Assembly (NCBI GenBank): GCA_035084275.1
Contig: CM068759.1
Coordinates: 10,044,001 to 10,108,000, forward strand
DNA length: 64,000 nucleotides
Source: Hydrolagus colliei
Taxonomy: Eukaryota
Direction: 5' to 3'
How positions within the stretch are numbered: position 1 is the stretch's first letter; each line of letters opens with the position of its first letter. Position numbers and translations under genes: made by a program. Positions 12,551 through 22,375 of the stretch are shown piece by piece. The notes under the pieces are model-generated. The model saw only the letters and a list, made by a program, of their open reading frames with translations, ran no database searches and had not been told where the DNA came from.

Positions 12551-12985
12551 ATGGGGAAAAGAAGCCCCGTATGGGACTACTTTGAAAACAATGCAGTCAG
12601 TAATGGTGTGTATAGATGTACAGTTTGCAAGGTCTTGGTTAAGACATCTGATTCGAGCACGAGCAACCTGCGACAACACATTAAGCAGCACCAGCCCGCC
12701 CAGCACACTGCCCTCAGAGCGAAATTATTGTCGACAACAGCAGGAAGTCGAACCAGCGCTTCGGAGAAAGCGACAGGTAGTGGGGCCAGTGCAGCTCAAA
12801 CAATTCCTGCTTTATTTAAGAGGAGAACATTGTACCAGAGAGGGGACAAAAAGTGGCAAAGTATCACGAACGCTGTCACTTTTTGCATAGCAAAGGAGAG
12901 CTTGCCAATGGCGATTGTTGAGACGCTTGGGTTTAAGCAACTCCTAAACTAACTGGACCCCAGGTACAAACCACATAGCGAAGGA
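12551..12985 (+). pseudogene. Truncated hAT transposase, BED zinc finger and N-terminal domain
   Basis: SPVWDYF...CTVC...TSNLRQHIKQHQP BED motif; IAKESLPMAIVETLGFKQLLN*LDPRY has an in-frame stop; no catalytic domain seen. Confidence 0.88.
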
Positions 12986-13288
12986 CATTAATTCAGACTA
13001 CATAAAAATAAGTGGCATTTTGTGGCTGTAAGTGTTATTTTTGTGTGTGAGAGAGTTAGAAGCCAGATTATCACTGCTGTGTGTGTCTGACTAGACACAC
13101 ACATAGAAGCAGTGATAATCTGGCTTCTAACTCTAACAGTCAGACTGACTGTCTCTCTCTTTTCTATTGTAATAGATCTCATTTACACGTGGACATTACA
13201 TGCTAGTTTCAAGCAAGAAATGGAGGAGAATAAATCTCTAGATTTTGTTTTTGGTGTGTGTGTGTTCTATTTTGTGTTTAGAGATGGA

Positions 13289-13860
13289 GTGAGAGAAGGA
13301 GAGGGGGAAAGTTGGGAGAGAAGGAGAGAGGAAGAGAGGAGAGGGAGGGAGAGAATGAGAGGGGGAAAGGAGGGAGAGAAGGAGCGAGGGAGGGAGGGAG
13401 AGAAGGAGAGGGGGAAAGTTGGGAGAGAAGGAGAGAGGAAGAGAGGAGAGAGGAAGAGAGGAGAGGGAGGGAGGGAGAGAAGGAGAGGGGGAAAGGAGGG
13501 AGAGAAGGAGCGAGGGGAAAGGAGGGAGAGAAGGAGAGAGGGGAGGGAGGGAGAGGGGGAAAGTTGGGAGAGAAGGAGAGAGGAAGAGAGGAGAGGGAGG
13601 GAGAGAAGGAGAGGGGGAAAGGAGGGAGAGAAGGAGCGAGGGGANNNNNNNNNNNNNNNNNNNNNNNNNNNNNNNNNNNNNNNNNNNNNNNNNNNNNNNN
13701 NNNNNNNNNNNNNNNNNNNNNNNNNNNNNNNNNNNNNNNNNNNNNNNNNNNNNNNNNNNNNNNNNNNNNNNNNNNNNNNNNNNNNNNNNNNNNNNNNNNN
13801 NNNNNNNNNNNNNNNNNNNNNNNAGAAGGAGAGAGGAGAGGAGGGAGAGGAGAGGGGGAG
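13289..13860 (+). repeat. Polypurine composite minisatellite spanning an assembly gap (N 13645-13823)
   Basis: Repeated gagaaggagagggggaaag and ggagggagagaaggag units. Confidence 0.9.
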
Positions 13861-14589
13861 GTAGGGAGCAAACAACATCGTATAATTCAACAGACCTTGA
13901 CACCAACATTTCAAACTTTCTGGACCTAGAGCACGCATTTCGAAATGTGCGTGCACCGCGACTGCGCGCACATCGTCAGTGCACGCGCACTTCGAATGCA
14001 CGCGCATGCGCAGTATAAAAACTCGATAGATCGGTTTAAGCAGGTATGAGCAACCCGATATATCCATATCCGGAAAAATCCCATATCGCCGTTCCCTAAC
14101 GAGTACTAATAAAATAATATAGTTGCGTTTGATGTTAACGCCTTCACATCAGAAGGATGCCTCAAAGCAACCATAGGAATTTACTGTAAAGTGTAAAGAT
14201 ATTGTATAGTTTTCATATTTAGACGAAAGCAGGGATTCAACAGATGTTCTTTCTAGCCCCCAAGCCTTGGCTCTGGTCAAACTGCGCCTGGTACGTTCGA
14301 GAATGAGGTAACCAGGATTCAACCCTCCAGGGAGAGAGTGCGCCCACAATCTATCTCTGGGGTTTCCATGTGAAGGTGGGGATGCATGCAAACCTTTGGG
14401 GTTTGGATACTCCTAAGCACGGTGATGGATTTCCACATATGTCAGACACCAGGTGGGTGACCAAAACAACAACAACAACAACAACAACAAAACGATTTCT
14501 AGTGCAAAAGGATAAAATATCAGTGCTATGGAATGTTATGCGGATTGTGGTTCAATTCAGAGATGAAAAGTTTATCAAGACTTAAACAC

Positions 14590-14724
14590 CTGTGTGGCAT
14601 TGACTGAAGCAGAAGCAGCATCTAATCTGTCTTTCATTGGCGATTTCCTCGGAGATTTTGAAGTCTCCTGCGGGGGCTTCACCTCCCCGTCTTCCAAGGC
14701 ACAATCGTGGGCGGCAGCTTTAGT
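14590..14724 (-). CDS. EPB41L1: Candidate 135-nt exon (TKAAAHDCALEDGEVKPP...NATQ)
   Basis: Branch point gactaat, pyrimidine tract, ttag acceptor; CAG|gtgttt donor; open phase 0. Confidence 0.65.
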
Positions 14725-15424
14725 CTAAGTAGAAAAGGGCATTAGTCAGACGCTGAAATGAAGGGAGGCAGAACGCATGGCTTTAAAATGGAATAGCAAC
14801 AAACATTCTGGCAGCGAGCTTCACAGCAAACGGTGGAAAGTCAGCCATTAGTAATTGTGTCAGCCATTAGTAATCTTGTTGACAGGCATGATTACGCTGA
14901 AAGGAAGGAGAACAGTGAAAGAGAAGGTGGGGGAAGAGAGGGGAAAAGAGAAAAAATAAGCCGTAGAAAGCAAAGGAAATGGGGTAGGGGCCCGGGGGTG
15001 GGGGTATAGAAGCCAAAGACTTTCACTTTTCTGAGCACCAAAATGCAACTTTCTAGCAATGCAGGAAAAGCGTAGACACTCCCAGAGGTTCGTGGAGACA
15101 CTTTCAACAGCTGCCTGGTCAGTCTGTTCCCATTGCTGCCAAAGCTACATTTGGCTCGATCGGTTTCCGTTTTGCAGTCGTAAACAAACTCCAAAAAGGT
15201 CCAAACAAAACACGCAAAAGGAATGCAAATCAACGGCGAGGATCAAACAAACCCTCTGCGTTTTAGCGAATGCACACGGAGTAACAAAAACACAAAGTAG
15301 CAACTTGGAAACAAACTTTGCTTTCAAGCTGTTGGAAAGCTTGGAGGATGATGTAAAGACAAAATACAACTCGGACAAAACATGCTGCGACAACAACGTG
15401 TTGTTTCCTTGCAGGAAGAGTTAC

Positions 15425-17953
15425 CACTGCTTCGGTCAACTCCACTTCGCAGCCCGAGTCTGGCGATCCCACCTCGGTGAAGTGTGTGGAGACCTCGGTG
15501 GCTTTGAATGGCTTTTTGGGGAACGTGTTCTCGCCCAGTTTCAACTCAAAGTAGGATATCTTATCCTTGAGCGTGGCTGAACCCATGTCGTAGGCCCCTG
15601 CGTCCAACTGCCTCTCTTTACGCTTGGTCGAGGAGAGAGATCCGCCTGACTCGTCCCCCGGGCTCAGAGACTCCGTGCTGGGCCTGACTCCGGATGCCTC
15701 CTTCTTAGGTTTCAGGGCCTCCGGTTTCGAGGGTCTCTCGGGTGACCCTTTCTTCATGCCTAGCCACTCAAGTTCCGAGGGTCTAACTGGCTTAGCTCCT
15801 TCGTCGCCAGCCGCGCATGGTTTTGACCGCGGCGGTGATGCCACTTCGGCTGCCAGTGGCAACTCGGACCCATCGGGCCCTGATTTAAGGGCTGAACCTT
15901 GTTGCTCGAAGCTCTCCAGCACAGGTTGGGATCCGGGTTCACTTTTGCCCTGCGCAGGGAACAACCGATCTCGGGGTTTCTCGGGAGATTGTTTCTCGGA
16001 AACAAGGACATCGCCTTCAGGTAAGTCCTGAGATTTTGCCGAGGCTGAAGTAGACTGCGAGTCTTGACAAGGCAATGGTTTAGATTCGTCTGCACCGCGC
16101 TCTCTCTCAGTCTCCCGGATCATCGATTCAACCCAGCCGTTGTCATCATCGCCGTGGGAAACCCCTCCGCACTTCTTGCGGTCCTCTGGTGAAGGGGCTC
16201 TGGACTTACCTCTGTCCTGTCCTGAAGGTGGCGACTTGAATTCCTTTCTGCCCTGGTCTGGTGAGCACGGCTTTGGCTCTTTGGCCAGGGTAGGTGACTT
16301 TGCTACTTTGTCCTGCTCTGGGAAACGCAGCTTAACCTCTTTTCCAACATCCACCAGGAAGCACGGCTCTGACTCTCTCACGAGGGAGAAGGGTTGCAGC
16401 TCTTTCCCTTCACCCCCTACGGAGCAAGGGCGTTGCTTTTTCCCATCCCCTCCTATGTAGAAAAGCTGCAGGTCTTTCTCATCACCACCTAAGGAGTAAG
16501 GGCGCTGCTTTTTTCCCTCCCTTCCCGGAGAGCAAAACCATTGGTCTTTTTCATCGCTTCCTGAGGTTACCAGCGGTGTTTGCTTTTCCCGATCTTGGCC
16601 ATCAAGAAAGCATTCAGCGATGTAGGCTTCAATATCATCGAACCGAGAAATTCCTTTATCCTCATCTCTTTCACCGACGCTTTGCGGCTCATCCATAGCC
16701 ACTGGCGAATCGAGTTTGGATTCGACCTTTCCTTCGTCTTCTGAGATGGGTGTGGAGTCCTTGTGCCTCGCTGGTTTAGCTCCTTCCCCACGTTCTTCCC
16801 CTGGGCAAGTTGGTTCAGGTTCCCTCTCAGCATCCGACTCGGAATCAACCTCAGAAATCACAACCTGAATTGGAGTAAACTTTTGGTGTCTCTTTGGGGA
16901 ATCCGTCTCCATTTCTTCATGCTTCCCTTGGTCATTCATTGAGGAATCGATCTTGCTTTCTGGGTATCTCTCTTGATCATCCGCTGAGGATCTCATCTTG
17001 GTTTTCACATGTTTCTCTGGTTCATCCATCGGGGAATGTGTCTCGATTTCTTCGTGCTTCTCTCGGTCATCCATTGAGGAACTTGTGTCGGTTCCTGTCT
17101 GTTTCCCTGGATCATCCATTGGTGAATCTGTCTTTACGTCTTGCTTACCTAAACGAGAGTCTGTCGTCTCCTTCTGATCAGCCATTGGAGAAATGGGTTC
17201 AAATTCTTGGCCATCAACCTTTCTGAAACCTTGGCTGGAATCTCTTTGATCATCCTCTTGGAAAACTACGCTGGACTTAGTTTCATCCTCCACCGGGGAA
17301 GTAAATTGAGGTTCCTCCATTACGCTGTCTGGCAAGAGTTTGGTTAATGCAAATCCTGGCTTGAAAGAGCCTGACTCTGAATCGTTTTGAGGTTCAGCTA
17401 AGGCTTCTTTACTGTCTTTTGTCGAAACCTGTACAAATGAAGATAAAATGGTAATGGACTCGTGAACAGTTCGCTTATTTGTCGAGCTCAACGACTCTCG
17501 ATCGAAACGATCAGCGGGTGCTATGTTCTCAGGGTCAGTGGGTGCTATGTCCTCGGGGTCAGTGGGCTCCTCTGGGCTCAGAGTTATTGCTCGTTCCTTG
17601 GCCGTTGCCACCACCACCGTCCGATGTTCACTCTTGACCGGAAGAGTTGCCGTGCCGTCTGCCATGTCCTCTGAGCCAACAGTTTCAGAAGCTTCTTCTT
17701 GTTCGACTGCTGTTTGAACCCCAAAGGCATCCTCGGTTGCTGAAGGTGTCTCTCCGAGCGACTCGTCCCTTGGAATCCATCCTTCGGTGAATTCCAACCC
17801 GGTGGAAGAATACTCTAATGGCGGAATCTGGTTGTCGTCATCTTCCGGAGTTCTGTCTTCCAGGGATTCTCTTCTGCCACTTTTCATTTGATCTACAACT
17901 AGTTCTTCTAGCCTAGAAGCTTGACTTTCTATTATAACCCATTCCTCAGAGCC
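15425..17953 (-). CDS. EPB41L1: Giant acidic low-complexity exon, ~843 aa (GSEEWVIIE...ELTEAV)
   Basis: 874-aa ORF in the track extends in frame to a tgtag acceptor (AG at 17954-17955); donor GTG|gtaact at 15425, alternative GAG|gtggga at 15473; phase 0/0. Confidence 0.8.
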
Positions 17954-18471
17954 CTACATTTCAAATATAGAAACTTGTCAACGTTACAGTATTGTAAGAG
18001 CAGGCACACAGCATGCAGTTCCCTCACATATTTTGCTCTCTTTTTTAAGGGCAACCAAGAGGCAAAACACGTGGATAAAATGTGCATCCGAGACTGTATT
18101 GAAATTAGCTTACTGAACTGCAGCATGCACAGCGATTGCTAGTTATAGTAAGTACACTGCGTTAAACGCTATCGATAATCGCTCGATCAAACCTTTAGTT
18201 TAATATGCCAACTTATGATTGAAGCTCTAGCCTTATGTGTTCTGCGATTTCTCTTTGTAAGTTGTTAAATATTATTTAACCCCCCCCCCTCCCACCCTCC
18301 AAAACAAAATCAACACCCGAGTTAAAAAGAAAAGGATCGTTTGCTATCAATTATTGTTCCGCAACTCTTGCATGAAACCACTCTTAACGTCATCCAATAG
18401 TTTTATTTTATTCTAATTTAGACCGAATTACAGGGCTAACAAGCGTGTAAACTGAAGAAATAAAGGTCAAC

Positions 18472-18579
18472 CTCAGGGGAAGAAGCAAGGCTTTCCTGTG
18501 CAGCATCTTCCACAGATAAGGCAATAGCGCACACATGAGAAGCCGGCTCTTCTCTCATCTCCTCTTCAGCGCCCGCAGG
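18472..18579 (-). CDS. EPB41L1: Candidate 108-nt cassette exon (PAGAEEEMREEPASHV...SSPE)
   Basis: Good acceptor gctaattaacctttctaacag; open phase-0 frame; weak donor GAG|gttgac. Confidence 0.5.
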
Positions 18580-21500
18580 CTGTTAGAAAGGTTAATTAGC
18601 TGACATACCAGAACGCATCACACAATAAACAAACAATAGAAGTGTTAGCTTCCTCCTTGTGGTTTCCATTATTATTCCCCCACCCCACCCAGAGGATTCT
18701 TTGTCGGTTTAGAAAATCCAAAGCTGAAATACATGCTCGCGTGTTGCTACACACACCACCATAATCACTTAAGAACGCACCGACCTCTTTATTGATCCTG
18801 GCTGTTTACACAATGCCAAATACTTTATACTCCAGAGTTTGGGAAACTCAGTCCTTTTGTCTATAGCTGGAGCGTGTTGCTTTTGTATTTTATTCAGCCT
18901 GCGGGCAATGATCTAAATTTGTACCATGTCTGCATTAGCCACGGGCTGTGGAAGTACGTGGTGAGAGGAACAATGTGCAGCAGCAAAAAATGGATTGGTA
19001 GTGTAAAGTCAGTGCAAATGGGTGAGAGTAGGTTTAAACTGATCTCTGTCGCTGGCCTCAAGTCGGAAATAATCCTGTTCCAACTAAAGAAGGCTGGCTG
19101 CAACTGCTAGGCCAAGATCTCTCTACATATGTTTGCATATGTCTACGTTTCATTACCATATTCCAAGGGCAGGCACACAGCAGCCTCCATGCAGTTAGCT
19201 CACTATGTTCCACTCTTTACATGGACGTGTAATTGCTACAGTGAATATATGTTAAAAGCAACCAGGAAAGAAACGTGTGGATAAAATGTGCGTCTGAGGT
19301 TGTGCTGAAATACAATAATGCCCAAACAAAATAGCGATAATCAAGATCTCTTTAAAAGGAACTTTTTTTTTTTAAGTCTACTTTAGTCCATCTCCGCTTC
19401 CTACTTTACACATGCAATACTGTACTGCATAACAGAATGACAGATTAAAGTGTTGCATCAGTGTGTTGCATTAAACTTACCCAAAGAGTAGGGTGACCGA
19501 TCCGAGCTGGACTAGCAGCCGGAATCTTGTGTTTTCAATGGCAAGCAAATTATTTTGTTTCTTTATAAAAATGCTGGTTAAACTCCAGCATTACCTGGAG
19601 TTACCTCCAGCGCACACTTTGGATCTCACCAATTTGTGCTCAGTACTCAATAAGTGGAATTATGTAAGGGGGAGAGAGAATGCGCATAGCATTCCAGACA
19701 CAGGAATGTCCATGTGCAGGTAGCAGACTGGAACTCTCAGTCTAGTTTGGATACTCTGAAGCATTGGTGATGAATTTCCCATGTCAAGTCACTCAGCTGA
19801 CTAAAAGTAAACGCAGCGCTTCATTTACCAATCGAATATGCTTTCGCCGCCTGCAAGGGAGGCTATTTTCAGTCTTGGAACTCGATTTTATCAAAATGGG
19901 TGAAGGGGGGCTGAGCGGATTCACTGGGACTCAAACCCACAACCTCCATGTCCTAAATCCAACGCACAAACAATTGAGCTACTCCAATTGGAAGAAAGGG
20001 AGCTTTTGGAACAAACACACTGACACAAATTTTGTGTTTCTTTCCCTCACTTGTTATGTTATAGTCAATAATATTGCTGATTTGTTTGTTTTACTAGTAC
20101 TGTACTATAATAATATATATATACACATATGTATTACACATACATACACGCACACAGAGTACACATTCATTCAGCAGGTTGTGTTTTATGCAAAATACCC
20201 TGAAGAAGACATAGGAAGATTACAGGATACAATAAATATGCTAAGAATGCAATCAAATCTAGGCAACCCCACCCCATGCTCGAAACCAAGGGGGTGAAAA
20301 CTGCAAAGTGTAATTGTGATATCATCTAACACCAACTGCGAAAATATAATTGACCGGGCTGGTCAATGACTGGACACTGTAGAGACCACAGGTGTGATAC
20401 AGGTGATATAGGTGTTATCGCCCTCCCACTCTTTCCTCCATCCCCAACTTTGTCACAATGGTTAGACGCAGAGCTGCCTTGTGGTTTGCAGCATCAGAAT
20501 GCCAGGTAGTTGGGATACCATGTTATTAACACAACAACAAAATAAAAACAAACGGAGCAAAGTCAAGTAATCCCTGAATCGGCAGTCCAATGGTACAATC
20601 CGTGTCCGAAATGCACAGCTCAGCTTCAAAACGCACGGCCCGACCACTCTGTGTCAGGGAACTGGGGGTGTCACACACGCCAACCTGCCAATGTGTCCCT
20701 GTTGCCAACGGCTGCAATTTCCAGCGATGTGGTAATTGACATTGGCATAAATTAACACAACACAAAACATGCACACGAAGACTAGGGGCATGATCTACCC
20801 GCTGGCGGGGAGTTAATATTCTAATTCCCACGGTTTTATCAGGCCCGAATGTGATTAGGAGAACAAAAGCAATCTATCGGTTTATTCGACCGTGCCTTCA
20901 GCCGCCTTCCTACATCGCTGCCCTGCCCCCCTCCCCCCACCACCACGCTCGAGTCCTGACCCCCGACTGTTCAGCGTGTTGAAACATCCGCCCGACGTGA
21001 AAGGCGCTCTACATATGTAATTTTGTGGTTGTTGTTGGTTTCAGCAACTGAAACCAACAATTTTGGTGGTTGAGATGAAGAGGAAAGGAAGGCACATTAT
21101 ACAGAACATCGCGCAGGGGTGTGAGAAGGTGGAATTATCAGGTGTACTTAGTGATATGTTCTGGCTGATTTCCACCATCATGTTGTCTGATCTCCCCACG
21201 TCAAGTGGAGTAGAGTAATGAATGACGCACTGCAGTGTGCAACTTGGAAGCATTATACTGCACTAAAAGCTACAATGAGCTTGGATTAACAGCAGGTGGC
21301 ATCAGGGCATTCAAACCCTCCATTTGGACATCCTGGGCTGCAGTTAGTCACTGCTGAAGCAGTCTGGCCTGGCATTAAAATGACACTCACAGAAAAAAAT
21401 AACCTGCAAATGGTATTACTGTCACGCAAGGGACAGACAGAAAGTGCTGTATTCACTGCGGGCATATGAGATTTGAGAGCTTTAACACAATGCGTACGGT

Positions 21501-21644
21501 CCACTGTTCTTTACCGAGAAGAGCAGAACGCCACAAATGGCTGAGCGAGTCATGAGCAAGGTTTTTGACGCACACAGTGCCGCACAAGCGTACCCGGAGG
21601 TACTTTGGCAATTACTCATAGGAATGGGCCTGCTGAATGACCAG

Positions 21645-21908
21645 ATTGTAATTGTGGGTGAAACACAGCAGCCAATTTGCATGCGCACAGCAGTGTTCCA
21701 CTGACCAGATTTGTTTTTGTAAGGACTGGCACCCCTGAAAAGTATTATACCAAACAACGAACAACCGGGTTCCTAATTACTGCTCGGCCAACAGAGGTGT
21801 GTGTGTGGAGAATGAATATTTGCTTAAAGTTTCTACACCACCCGGGAATCGAACCCAGGTACTCTCTCTCGCGAGGCAAGCGTGCAAACCACTGCACTGA
21901 GGAAGCAG
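21645..21908 (-). mobile_element. Divergent SINE subfamily (tRNA head, ggaacccggttgtt segment, Deu domain)
   Basis: Head GCTTCCTCAGTGCAGTGG...GGTTCGATTCCC; a related copy lies at about 41434-41790. Confidence 0.65.
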
Positions 21909-22183
21909 CGGCGAAATCTCAAACGTACTTTTGACTGTGTGCACAAAAATCACGCGTCCAAAACACATGGCACTTTTGCTCACGATGCACAGAATCAGCA
22001 GAGGGGACATTCCAGTTGTGAACCCGACACCGACTTGACAACCCCCGGTTAGATCAACGCTAAAACTAGAAATATAACCAGCACCAACAAACTGACAATC
22101 AAACGGATCACCATGAACGATGCCCAGGATGCCAGCCCAACTGTGCCTGCAACTTCTAAGATGCGTTCGTGAACAAAACTCAC

Positions 22184-22375
22184 CTCTTTGGCCTTCTCGT
22201 TCTCTGCCTGATCTTTGGGTTTGGTTTTCGCAGTGGATGAAGTGGGAGAGGTGGTGAGCTTCTTGTCCCTGTCGCCGTGGCCTAACTTAATACTCGTGGA
22301 TTCTTGCAAAGTCCGTTTAAGTTCGTTTATATTGGCCTGGTGCTTCATCAGTACGTCCTCGGGTTTATCCAGGAA
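22184..22375 (-). CDS. EPB41L1: 4.1N SAB-like exon ([23 protein letters not shown]...KAKE)
   Basis: 192 nt; aag acceptor, gtgagt donor; KHQAxINELKR motif. Confidence 0.93.

Larger units (their letters stand above)
12160..14098 (+). mobile_element. Non-autonomous hAT (Ac/ZBED-like) DNA transposon
   Basis: 14-bp perfect TIRs TAGGGAACGGCGAT; perfect 8-bp TSD ACGAGTAC at 12152-12159 and 14099-14106; subterminal CGATA repeats. Confidence 0.93.

Noticed and set aside
13112-14067. 200-266 aa ORFs on both strands
   Set aside because: Artefacts of the polypurine satellite and the N gap
15624-17717. Plus-strand ORFs overlapping the giant exon
   Set aside because: Antisense shadows of a coding sequence, with no independent features
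21836-21908. Possible tRNA-Val-like gene
   Set aside because: Acceptor stem does not pair and the sequence continues into SINE body; it is a SINE head
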